From assembly GCA_043228905.1 (NCBI GenBank), contig JBHGNT010000014.1, positions 8,990,001 through 9,054,000 on the forward strand: 64,000 nt of DNA, given 5' to 3'. Shown here in pieces: positions 24,825 to 36,325 of this stretch; position 1 is the first letter of the stretch; every line of letters starts with the position of its first letter. Below the pieces are notes generated by a model. That model did no database searches. It saw nothing but the letters and a program-made list of their open reading frames with translations, and was not told the DNA's origin. The stretch is from Azolla caroliniana (taxonomy: Eukaryota; Plantae; Polypodiophyta). A program made the position numbers and the translations under genes.

Positions 24825-27203
24825 ACGTCGAAATTTTGCACTTGCCGATGTGAGTGCCTTCTTTACTCTGGGTATCTACATGATGGGTACACCAAAAATC
24901 ACTGTCTAGTGAGGGAACCGACACATACGAATCACTTTCGTCGGGGTGATCGACTTCGTATTTGGGCATCTTACCTTTGCCTTTGTCCGATACAACCCTT
25001 GGTCGAGACGTGCTTGGAATGTTTGAAGGCTTGTGTGGTCCACTTAGCTCGGTAGAGTGTTGAGCGGTAGGGTCAACCAGATCCGGATTGACTGAATAAG
25101 CTTGAGCCGGATCGGCATCCGGAAAGATGAGCCGGATCGGTGAGCCGGTGAGTTGGGGTGCCGGTTAGCCGGATCAAGCAGTAACCGGAAGCCTAGTAGC
25201 AGCCTAGGCTACTAGGTAGTTAATGTCTCGTAGTTAGTGTCAAACACTCGTGTGAGCATTGAAGTACACTGTACTTCTATCAGACCTCTTAGGACATGTA
25301 TAAATAGTGTTGTTGAGCACGTTCTAGGTACAAAGAATTTTACAGAGTTGTTGATAATAGATTTTAGTTGTTTTGCTCTTTCTATGTCTCTCCTACGTAC
25401 CTTCTATGTGTTAATCTCTCTCGCTCTCTCTCTGTGTGTTGCTATCCGGCTAAGCCGGTTGTCTAACGCTTCCACATCTTCGTTCTTACATGTTATTGGA
25501 GTGCGAAGGTTGAGAACCTCTGCAGCCGACATCAGCATCTGAAGACAAACCCTAAGACTTGGTAAGAACAGAAAGAGAACTGATGGAGAGAGGAATGGCT
25601 AGCTCACTCCTGGTGGAGAAGCTCAACAGATCCAACTACGCATCTTGGTCATACAAGATCCACCAGTACCTGCTTGGGAATGGTTACTGGAGCTATGTCG
25701 ATGGAGCTAACAACACAACACCCGATGCAACACACAAGGACTTCCCAGTGTGGGAACAAGCGACAAGCAGAGTGATGTACTGGTTTGCGTCGAGTGTCGA
25801 AGACCAGTTGTTGAGCCATGTCCGAGATGCCAAGATGCCAAAAGAAGCTTGGGGAAACGTGAAGAAGGTTTTTGCGGCAAGCCCTACAGCCTGGAAGCTG
25901 TAACTCCAACAAGAGTTGACCAATGTCCGACAGAAGGACATGTCGGTAGCCGATTACACGGCCCGAATCAAAGAGATCTGTGACTCACTTGCCTCTATCA
26001 ACGTTACTATAGAGGAAGATGAGATGGTGTAGATCTGTCTTGGGGGGCTAGCGTCCAAGTTCAAAGCGTTCCGAATGGCGGTGTGTACAAGGGAGAATAC
26101 GCCATCATTTTTCGACTTACAATCGATGCTCCTTGTAGAGGAGAACCACGCCGGTTCGTCAACAAGTGCACCCACCGCAAGCCGGATGCTGTACACGGAG
26201 GCAGATCGGCCCCGTGGGCGTGGTGGACGAGGCGGGTCTGTCGAATACATGTGTATAATGGACGTATTCACACTATCCCGTTTTGGCCATTTATGTAATT
26301 AGCATAAAGGGTAGTTGCCCTAAGTCGGTCACTATATATAGTGACCTTGTAACCTTTTTGTAAGGTTGGGTGTTGTATTATTGCTTTATGGAATAAGAAT
26401 TTCTTTTGTGCCTCTCTGTCTGTCTGTCTCTCTCTCTCTCTGTGCAACGACCTATAAACTGTCATACGCAGGTACTCAACAGCAATCGAATGCTTCTTGA
26501 TCTTCCGCATAGACGACTTTGTCTCCAACATCTGGTATCAGAGCCTGCACAGTAGTCGGTCCTTCAATCCGCTGTCGGCCGTCGTCTCAGCATTCGGTTT
26601 CCTGCGTCATTCGAAGAAGAGAGAAGAAGAAGAAAAACGAGGCCTGCATCTCATCGCGTTAGATCATCTTTGCTTGGAGTAAGCCAGCAGGTTGTACTCC
26701 GTTCCTTGTGATCGTAACCGCTCGAGGTGAAATCCCCTTGTGCAACTTTGACACGATCGTGCTCCATTCGGTTAAACGGCATCCGAAGAGGTCATCAAAC
26801 GCTGCTCGCCGCTCATTGTAACCACTCGGTGCAGATCGGTCTCAAGACAACAACCCCAATTCGTGCTTCATCCGGCTGATCGACATTCGAGAGGATCAGT
26901 TGGATCCATCTCTCTCGTCGCTGCAGTCACCCGAAGCCGAATCAGTCCAGATAATCGGTTTTCAATAATCGGTATTCGGCATATATATCCGAAGCGAACC
27001 GGGCTCACTCCGACTCGGCAACATTCGGGAAGACCAGTCGGTTCTGTCCCTCAAGCTACCGGAGTCAATTCGAGCAAGTTCCGAAGCCGAACCGACTCGG
27101 GTTCAAATCCGACTAGAACGATATCGGGTGAGCCAACCGGCTGCACTCCAACAAGGTTCGTAGTCAACTCCGAACCGAGCTTCGTCAACCAAAACCGAAT
27201 TTG

Positions 27204-28112
27204 ATGGCATCAACATCCGGCTCGTCAGAAATGAGTCTACGAAAGTTCGATGGATCGAACTTCAACTTCTGGAAGGAACAAATGCAGGACTATCTCATAG
27301 TCAAGGGGCAAATCGATCCCATCGAAAATGAAGAACCTCCAGAAGGATACAAACCAATTGAGTGGCAGAAGCTGGACAGAATTGTCCGCGCCACGATTCG
27401 GATGCACCTATCGGAATCGGTATACTTTACGGTGCAATCGTGTACGACAACATTCGAACTGTGGAAAACACTGTCGGACACTTACGAAAAGAAGGTCGCC
27501 GCAACGAAGATGTTTCTGATCCGGCGCCTCTACAACTTGCGGATGAAAGAATCCGATTCGGTCCAAGCACACCTCAATGAGTACGAAAGCATAAGCTCCC
27601 AAATCTCGTCACAGGGGACGGCAATCGAGGATGAACTCAGAGCAATGATACTCATGAGCAGCCTTCCCTCATCATGGGAAACTTTCGTCACAACCGTGTG
27701 CAACGCGTCAACCACGGCTGTTAAATACTCCGAAGTCACGAGCGCAATCCTGACCGAAGCAGCTCGGAGAAAGTCTTTCGCCAAAGACTCAACAGACGAC
27801 GCTTACGTAGTACAAGGTTCGACAGACCGATCGAACATACGAGGAAGAGATTCCTCACGGCCGCCGAACAATCAACGAAGACGGAGCCAGTCACGGGATA
27901 ACCGAATCTGCAACTATTGCAAGAAACCCGGACACATCAAAGCCGACTGCCGCGCACTCAAGAACAAGAACAACAAGAAGAGTGGCCGGCATGAGGAGAT
28001 CAATTACGTCAGCTTCTCAGCGGATGTACTACCGGACGACCCGAATATACTATCAATCGAAAATCCAGTCGGATCAGAAGTTCTACTCACGACTGAAGAA
28101 TCGAGCACATAG
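27204..28112 (+). CDS. gag: Copia Gag (UBN2-type, with CCHC zinc knuckle)
   Basis: KFDGSNFNFWKEQMQDYL, LMSSLPSSWETFVT, CNYCKKPGHIKADC; ends at an in-frame TAG. Confidence 0.93.
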   Translation: MASTSGSSEMSLRKFDGSNFNFWKEQMQDYLIVKGQIDPIENEEPPEGYKPIEWQKLDRIVRATIRMHLSESVYFTVQSCTTTFELWKTLSDTYEKKVAATKMFLIRRLYNLRMKESDSVQAHLNEYESISSQISSQGTAIEDELRAMILMSSLPSSWETFVTTVCNASTTAVKYSEVTSAILTEAARRKSFAKDSTDDAYVVQGSTDRSNIRGRDSSRPPNNQRRRSQSRDNRICNYCKKPGHIKADCRALKNKNNKKSGRHEEINYVSFSADVLPDDPNILSIENPVGSEVLLTTEESST

Positions 28113-31100
28113 CTCTTAGATTCGGGCGCGTCATTTCACGTGACTCCTCATCGATCCCAATTTCGGCAATATACGATCCGTCACTCCGACTCAGTTCGAG
28201 TCGGCAACTCACAACACTGTGACATCATCGGAATCGGCACAGTAGAGCTCAACCTTGCAGGTGGCTCTACACTTGTACTCCACAATGTCCGACATGTACC
28301 CGAGCTCTCAAGGCCATTGATCTCAGTCGGACAACTAGATGAAGACGGCATTCGTGCCGGTTTTTCTTCGGGAGGGTGGACACTCCACAGGGGGAACCTC
28401 CTGCTTGCTAGAGGACCCAAGATACACTCCCTGTATCCGTTACATGTTACGCTCAGAGAGGGTAACCTGTTTTTGGTGGATATTCCTGTGTCATCACTAT
28501 GGCACCGAAGATTAGGACACCTCAGCAAGGCCGGCATCACGCACCTATCTAGAGCCGGATACATCCCCAAACTCTCCTTCTCAGACCATCAATTCTGCGA
28601 GCATTGCCAGTATGGCAAACAAGCAGCCGCATCACACCCGACATCAGCACCAAGAGAAACGAGACCTCTCGATTTGGTCCACTCGGACGTCTGTGGCCCA
28701 ATGCCGCATCAGTCTCTCGGCGGTGCCTCTTACTTCGTCACTTTTATTGACGATTCGACTCGAAAGGTGTGGGCTTATCCAATTCGCACCAAAGATCGGG
28801 TCTTCTCGATCTTCACCGATTGGCTCGCTATGGTAGAAAATCAAACCGACCGAAAGCTGAAATGCTTTCGGACAGACAATGGGGGAGAGTTTAAATCCGA
28901 AGAATTCGTCAAATTCTGCCGACAACGCGACATCCGACGTGAATTTACGGCACCACACAGTCCGGAGCAAAACGGGATTGCCGAACGCATGAATCGGACA
29001 ATCCAAGAACGGACAGTTTCCATGCTCCAACACTCCGGACTGTCGGATGGCTTCTGGGCAGAGGCTCTACTCACGGCAGTACACATAATCAATATGTCGC
29101 CAAGTAGACCTCTAGGACTTCAAATTCCTCAGGAACTATGGATCGGCAGTAAGCCGAATTACGACAAGCTGAGGATCTTCGGATGCGAGGCGTACGCCCT
29201 TATTCCGAAAGATGATCGCCGAAAACTTGCACCTCGGTCCAGGAAATGCATTTTCCTTGGATATGGATCCGACGGCGAAATGGGATACCGACTCTGGGAC
29301 CCCGAACGCAGACAAATCGTTCGAAGTTCGGACGTTGTGTTCAACGAGTCGGCTATGAATCCATCAGTCGAAAAACCGATCAAAGTCCGAAGGGTAACAT
29401 TTTCCGATGTGCCGACCCTTCAAGAAGGCCCCGCTCTCAACACACGGTCAGCTTCACGGGTAGCTGAACCTTACACTACCGACTCGGGCAACCCCGACTC
29501 GGCACAGCAGAACAATCCGCTTTCGGACCATCCGACCTTGATACCCGATGCGACCAGTCCAATCTTACCTCGACGATCCGAGAGACTGTCGCAACCTCCG
29601 GAGAGGTATTCTCCTGGAGTTTTCTTCACCGACGCCGGCGAACCGACGTCTTACGAAGAAGCATCGACATCTGTCGATTCAGCCACCTGGCATCTGGCGA
29701 TGGAGTCGGAAATGCACTCCATTCGGGCAAACAAGACTTGGGATCTGGTCGAATTACCTAGGAACCGACGTGCTCTTCCTTGCAAGTGGGTCTATCGACT
29801 AAAAGAGACGTCTGATTCGACCACCCCAAAGTACAAGGCCAGATTAGTTGCGAAGGGCTTCCGACAAGAATATGGCGTCGACTTCGACGAGATTTTTTCA
29901 CCAGTGGTGAAAATGACAACCCTCCGTTTTCTACTCGGCGTAGTGGCAGCCGACAACTTGGAGCTGATTCAGCTAGATGTCAAAACAACATTCCTCCATG
30001 GTGATCTTGAAGAGCAAATTTATATGGAGCAGCCAAAAGGCTTCGTGGCAACTGGCCAAGAACATCTAGTCTGCCGACTCAGGAAGAGTCTATACGGCCT
30101 CAAACAGGCACCGCGACAATGGTACAAGAAGTTCGACGACTTCATCCAATCGATCGGCTTCTCAAAAAGCGATGAGGACCATTGTCTCTTTACCAACACA
30201 GCTCAAGATGGATCACCCATCTTCCTCATCATTTACGTGGACGACATGCTAATTTCTGGACGCCACGCGGGCGAACTTGCCGATCTCATTCGGCAACTGC
30301 GGTTGAAGTTTGCCACGAAGGACCTCGGTCCGGCACGACACATCCTTGGTATGAAGATTAGTCGGCATCGCGATAAACGACATCTTTTTTTGTCTCAGAC
30401 CGACTATATCCGACGTGTCTTAGAACGCTTCAACATGCAATCAGCCAAATCTGCTTCAACCCCGCTCCCCATGAATCTTCGGCTCTCTCAGCGAGACTGC
30501 CCGACATCCGGTCCGGAGGGGGAAGATATGAAGTCGGTACCGTATGCACCGGCAGTCGGCTCCCTTATGTACCTGATGGTCGCGACACGGCCTGATATTT
30601 CTCACGCCGTAGGAGTCGTTAGCAGATTTATGCACAATCCTGGCCGATCGCATTGGAACGCAGTCAAGCATGTGTTCAGATATCTGGCTGGCACAAAAGA
30701 CCACGGCATTCTTTTCGGTCCGAACCGAACCTCAGGCGTAGTCGGTTACACCGACTCGGACTTCGCCGGCTGTATAGACAGTCGGAAATCAACAACCGGA
30801 TACTGCTTCAAATTCGGCAATGGAGCAATCTCGTGGAAGTCGAAACTTCAGGAGTGCACAACGACCTCAACGACCGAAGCAGAATATGTAGCTGCGTCCG
30901 ACGCAGCAAAAGAAGCTTTGTGGCTCGGTCGGCTGGCGCACACGTTTCGACAAGTCGACCATGACTCGGCTCCAGTTGTCTACAGCGACAGTCAAGGTGC
31001 TGTTGCCTTGTCGAAAAATCCGGTTCACCACAACGCCTCCAAACATATCGACGTTCGATATCACTTCGTTCGGGACTACGTCATTTCAGGGAAAATCGGT

Positions 31101-31217
31101 CTAGAGAAAATATCCACAACCGACAATGTCGCAGATGGAATGACCAAGTGTCTTTCGGCAGACCGTTTTCGGTCTCTTCGGCATCAGATGGGCGTAACGA
31201 CAAACCAGTCCGGTTAG
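28113..31217 (+). CDS. pol: Copia Pol (protease, integrase, reverse transcriptase, RNase H), in frame with gag
   Basis: LLDSGASFHVT; LWHRRLGH; HSDVCGP, RTDNGGEF, NGIAER; [14 protein letters not shown]; YVDDML; GYTDSDFAG; KHIDVRYHF; uninterrupted for ~1034 codons. Confidence 0.96.
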   Translation, partial: LLDSGASFHVTPHRSQFRQYTIRHSDSVRVGNSQHCDIIGIGTVELNLAGGSTLVLHNVRHVPELSRPLISVGQLDEDGIRAGFSSGGWTLHRGNLLLARGPKIHSLYPLHVTLREGNLFLVDIPVSSLWHRRLGHLSKAGITHLSRAGYIPKLSFSDHQFCEHCQYGKQAAASHPTSAPRETRPLDLVHSDVCGPMPHQSLGGASYFVTFIDDSTRKVWAYPIRTKDRVFSIFTDWLAMVENQTDRKLKCFRTDNGGEFKSEEFVKFCRQRDIRREFTAPHSPEQNGIAERMNRTIQERTVSMLQHSGLSDGFWAEALLTAVHIINMSPSRPLGLQIPQELWIGSKPNYDKLRIFGCEAYALIPKDDRRKLAPRSRKCIFLGYGSDGEMGYRLWDPERRQIVRSSDVVFNESAMNPSVEKPIKVRRVTFSDVPTLQEGPALNTRSASRVAEPYTTDSGNPDSAQQNNPLSDHPTLIPDATSPILPRRSERLSQPPERYSPGVFFTDAGEPTSYEEASTSVDSATWHLAMESEMHSIRANKTWDLVELPRNRRALPCKWVYRLKETSDSTTPKYKARLVAKGFRQEYGVDFDEIFSPVVKMTTLRFLLGVVAADNLELIQLDVKTTFLHGDLEEQIYMEQPKGFVATGQEHLVCRLRKSLYGLKQAPRQWYKKFDDFIQSIGFSKSDEDHCLFTNTAQDGSPIFLIIYVDDMLISGRHAGELADLIRQLRLKFATKDLGPARHILGMKISRHRDKRHLFLSQTDYIRRVLERFNMQSAKSASTPLPMNLRLSQRDCPTSGPEGEDMKSVPYAPAVGSLMYLMVATRPDISHAVGVVSRFMHNPGRSHWNAVKHVFRYLAGTKDHGILFGPNRTSGVVGYTDSDFAGCIDSRKSTTGYCFKFGNGAISWKSKLQECTTTSTTEAEYVAASDAAKEALWLGRLAHTFRQVDHDSAPVVYSDSQGAVALSKNPVHHNASKHIDVRYHFVRDYVISGKIGLEKISTTDNVADGMTKCLSADRFRSLRHQMGVTTNQSG

Positions 31218-34200
31218 AGCCGGACACAGAGCAGGATGGTTCCCGACAACCGACATCAGTTCCTTAATGATCGGCTTCAACTGTTCCGACCCGACCAGTT
31301 CGGTCTTCTGCCTTCGGACCCTGCCGACTCGAACAAAGCTGATATGTCCGAGAACCTAAGTCCATACCTGTAATCTTAGATAACCCATGTATACGCCCAT
31401 TACGGGGGAGTGTCGAATACATGTGTATAATGGACGTATTCACACTATCCCGTTTTGGCCATTTATGTAATTAGCATAAAGGGTAGTTGCCCTAAGTCGG
31501 TCACTATATATAGTGACCTTGTAACCTTTTTGTAAGGTTGGGTGTTGTATTATTGCTTTATGGAATAAGAATTTCTTTTGTGCCTCTCTGTCTCTGTCTC
31601 TCTCTCTCTCTCTCTGTGCAACGACCTATAAACTGTCATACGCAGGTACTCAACAGCAATCGAATGCTTCTTGATCTTCCGCATAGACGACTTTGTCTCC
31701 AACAGGGTCGGCTCGCAATGGTAGCGGCCGGCAAGAGCAGGACCAAAGGCACAAAGAACGTGCCGAAAACACTTCTGGACGCTCCACAAACAGGGGGAGT
31801 CAAGGCGGCGCCGAAGGCCGGCAAGCAAAGGCCGACACAGAATGCTGGGATTGTGTAAAAAGGTCCATAGAGAAAGCGAGTGCTGGAAGAAGCGTGCCGA
31901 TACAGACAAATCCAGATCCAGCAAGGCCGGCAGAGAGAATCGGCAATACTCACACTACGCAGAAGGATCAAGAGGATCCAAAACCGGAAAAACCGGTAAA
32001 GGGCTTGCCTTGGTGATGAAACATGAGGCTAACTCGATGAAGAAGACCACTTCGAAATCGGAGGAAGTGTGGTACGTTGATTCCAGTGCGTTGAATCACA
32101 TGACGAGCCACAAAGAGTGGTTCTCTTTCTTGGAGAAACCGGAACAACTGGGTGTCATCGAAACTGAAGATGACACTCCTCACCCAATCGTGCATGTCGG
32201 AGAAGTCCCTTTGAGCCACGTCAGACAGAAGGGGAAGCTAATGAACGTATTATATGTTCCGACTATCACGAAGAACTTGGTGTCAGTCGGTCAGATTGTT
32301 GACCAGGGGATTAAGGTGCGGTTTACACACCTTGGGTGCTTCATCGAGGAAGAGGGCTAGATTATTGCACAAGGGCACAAAGATGGGAGGAGGTTCATCC
32401 TCGACACCAATGACGTCAGCACCACTTTGTTCGCCAATGGACAAAAGATTGAATTGGATATTGATCTCTGGCACAAGTGGATCGTCCACGTCATTACCAG
32501 AGGCTTCAAGACCTATGCCAAAGATCAGTGGCCAGAAGGTCCAAATATGTGAAGCCTGCAAACTCGGGAAGCAACACCGGCTTCTATTCCCCACCGAACG
32601 AAACCGTAACCGTAACAAGCTCGACCTTATTCATACGGATGTATGGGAGCCGACACAGAACGTTAGTTTTGGCGGGAGTCGATACTTCGTCTCCTTCATC
32701 GACGACTATACGCGGCACACATGGATCTACCTCATTGAGCAGAAGAGCGAAGTCTTCGAGTGTTTTCGGAACCTGCAAAGCCTGGTTGAACGGGAAACGG
32801 AGAGGAAGATCAAGTGCCTGCGGTCGGATGGTGGAAAATAATATTTTTCCGGCAAATTCAACAGTTATCTGCAACAAAAAGGAATTCGGAGAGAGTTCAC
32901 CTGCAAATACAGGCCGGAGCAAAACGGTGTAGCCGAGAGGAAGAACCGGCCGATTATCGACGCGGCAAGGGCGATGCTGGAGGAGAAGAGCGTGCCCAAA
33001 TTCTACTAGGTTGAGGCGGTTCGAACAACCGTTTATATCCAAAACCGAATCAGTGACAAGGTGTCCGCGCATGAGCTATATTTCGGGCGCACGCCGAATT
33101 TGAGACACCTTCGGATATTGTGTAGCATTGCATATGTGCATGTGCTAGATGAGAACCGGAGGAAGTTCGATGCACAGTCGGAGAAATGCATCCTTGTCGG
33201 TTACTCTCATGAGCAAAAGGGGTATAAGTGTTATAACCCCCGGACAAAGCAGGTTCGAGTTAGCCGGGATGTTGAGTTTGATGAGATAACATCATGGTAT
33301 GCCTTACCGGCTCCGACTTCAGACCCTGACCCGATACCTGAGGATCAGGCTAGTGGGCTTGAACCGGTCCAGTTAGAAGACGAAGGGTTCGAGACTCTAG
33401 ATGTGAGTCCAGAATCATTTTGGTGGAGCGGGCCAAACGAGCGACTCGGTTAGATAGACCAGTCGAAAGATGAACCGGTGAGTAGTGGAGACTCTACCGT
33501 GTTCCCCCCCCACAAGGAACCGAGGAGATCGTTCATGTGCAAGGAAAAGGAGAAGAGGAAGATGCCAGAGCACGAGACCGGAAATGGTGAGTCGGATCGT
33601 AGCAGATCCGACTCTGGAAAAGAAGAAGGCGGATCTTCGGCAATGAAGACCAACCCCGCCAAGAAGGGCCTCAAACCGGGTAACGATAAGTTACGCCGGT
33701 CTTCCCGCCAGAAAAACCCTGTGAAGCGGTACGGGTACAATGAGTACATGGCGCATCACTTTGCATACATGACCAAGGTGGTGGAAGTGCGTGAGCCGGA
33801 GAGCTATGCAGAAGCGGCAAAGGACGCAAATTGGCATGCCACTATGGATGAAGAAATGCAGGCACTGGATGCCAACATCACATGGGACCTAGTTGACCCT
33901 CCCCGACATTGTAAACCGATCGGATGTAAGTGTGTGTACAAGGTAAAGTACAATGCCAACGGTTCAGTTAACCGGCACAAGGCCCGGTTAGTGGCGAAGG
34001 GATACGTGCAGACCCACAAAATCGACTACGACAAGACCTTCGCTCCGGTAGCGAAGATGACGACGGTTCATGTGGTGCTGGTGGTTGCTGCGGCAAGGGG
34101 GTGGCATCTTCACCAGATGGACGTGAAGAATGCATTTCTTCAAGGCGATCTTGAAGAATGGGTCTATATGATCCAACCTCACGGTTTTCAGTCGGAGATG

Positions 34201-36293
34201 AACAACTCGGCGGTATGCCAGCTAAAGAAGTCACTTTATGGCCTAAAGCAAGCCCCCCTAGCTTGGAATGCGAAGATCTCGCACCAGTTGCGTAAGATGG
34301 GGTTTGCGGCCTCCAAGTCTGACTCTTCATTGTTCATCCGGCAAGGTTCGGATGGTCCGGTTTGGATCTTGCTGTATGTTGATGATCTACTCATCACCGA
34401 ACCCGGACTCGGTGAAATCTGCTGAGATGAAGGACCTGGGGAACTTCACTATTTCCTTGGGATCGAGGTGATCTGAACCCCCGATGGCATATTGCTCTCA
34501 CAAAGACACTATGTTTTAAATATGTTGTACAAGTTCGGCATGACGGAATGCCGACTGATCTCCACACCCCTGGACCAGAACCAGAAGCTCTATCCCGACT
34601 CCGGACGGGCCTACAATGAGAAGCGGTTTCGATAAATCGTCGGAAGCCTTATATATTTGACAATCACTTGACCCGACATCAATTATTCGGTCGGTGTGAT
34701 CAACCAATATATGCAGAAGCCGATCGTGGAGCACCTTCTGTGCGCGCATCGAATTTTGCGATATGTGAGTGGCACGAAGGACCGGGGACTATTATACAAG
34801 CATGGTATAACCGAAGAGCTAGTCGGCTACACCGATGCCGACTGGGCTAGTAATGCATCGGATCGCCAATCCACCTCCGGCTATATGTTTTCCCTTGGTA
34901 GCGTGGTTGTTGCATGGAGCAGAAAAAAGCAACCAACAGTGACCCTTTCGAGCACTGAGGCTGAATATCGGGGCACTACTGTTGCCACCAGTGAAGCCAT
35001 TTGGCTTCGGCAACTGCAGCAAGACCTGCAGATCGAGGTGCCGAGCCCGATCCTTATCTACTACGACAACATAAGCATCATCCAGCTTGCCAAGAACCGT
35101 ATATTACATGCTCTTACAAAGCACATAGAAGTGCACCTCCACTTCGTGCGTGAGCGTGTCCTGAGCGGTGAGGTCGAACTTCGGTATGTTCATACGGATC
35201 GAAAAATTACCGACATCTTCACCAAACCGCTCGGACTGGACAAGTTGTAGCACTTCACTGAATTGCTTGGTGTTCAGCATCTCAACGTGCCACACTTGAG
35301 GGTGAGAATGGGCAAAGACACCGGAACGGGCAAAGGCAAAGAAACTGCCGATTGCGCTAGTGAGTGAAGAACCAACAATGGGAGACACATGAAGAAGAAA
35401 GGAGCTGAGTCGAAAAAGGAATTTGAGACATCCAAATAAGCGGCAGGGGCGGCAGAGTCAAGAAGGACAGAGCCGACCGGAAGAAGAAGACCAAGGCCCG
35501 GACATGGTCCGATGTGGTGAAGGGCCTAGAACCAGAAGACGAATAGGAAGAGACCGATTCGGGCAAGAGCTGGAATGGATCGGAGACAGCCAATTCGGTT
35601 CAACAGACGGATTTGGAAGAACCAGATCAATACAAGGCCAAGAGGACGAGAAGGCTGTGAAAGTTGACGCCAACACGAAGGAATCGGCAAATCGGCCAGC
35701 GCCGAAGTCACAATAGCGAGGGAGCTGAATTGGGCCTGTTGAGCAAACAAGCCGATCGAGGAGGTTGAGGTGCGTAGAATCAGAAGGGTCATGGCAAACG
35801 GGACGGGACCGGACGAGGAGGGCGAGCAGGGCGGAGTGACACCAGAAGGAGCCGGGTGGAAGGATTGGTTGCCATGGAGATTGACACTACGATCCGACCT
35901 CAAGTTGAGCTTGAGGGGGAGTGTTGAGTGGAAATCTCAACCGGATCTGGATCGGCTGAATAAACCTGAGTCGGATCGGCATCCGGAAGGATGAGCATGA
36001 TCGGTGAGGCGGTGAGCAAGTGAGCCGGTGAGCTGGGGACCCGGTTAGCCAGATCAAGCAGTAACCAGAAGCCTAGTAGCAGCCTAGACTACTAGGTAGT
36101 TAATGTCTTGTAGTTAGTGTCAAACACTCATGTGAGCATTGAATTATTCTATACTTTTGTCAGTCCTCTTAGGACTTGTATAAATAGTGTTGTTGAGCAC
36201 GTTGTAGGTACAGAAAATTTTACAGAGTTGTTGATAATAGATTTTAGTTGTTCTGCTCTTTCTCTGTCTCTGCTGCGTACCTTCTCTGTGTTA

Positions 36294-36325
<32 letters not shown>

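Larger units (their letters stand above)
26239..31704 (+). mobile_element. Very young, structurally intact Ty1/Copia element (Tnt1/Tork-like), 5466 bp
   Basis: LTRs 26239-26530 and 31411-31704 identical except in the (TC)n tract; perfect TSD GGGTC; PBS TGGTATCAGAGCC at 26533-26545; PPT ACGGGGGAG before 31411. Confidence 0.97.
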
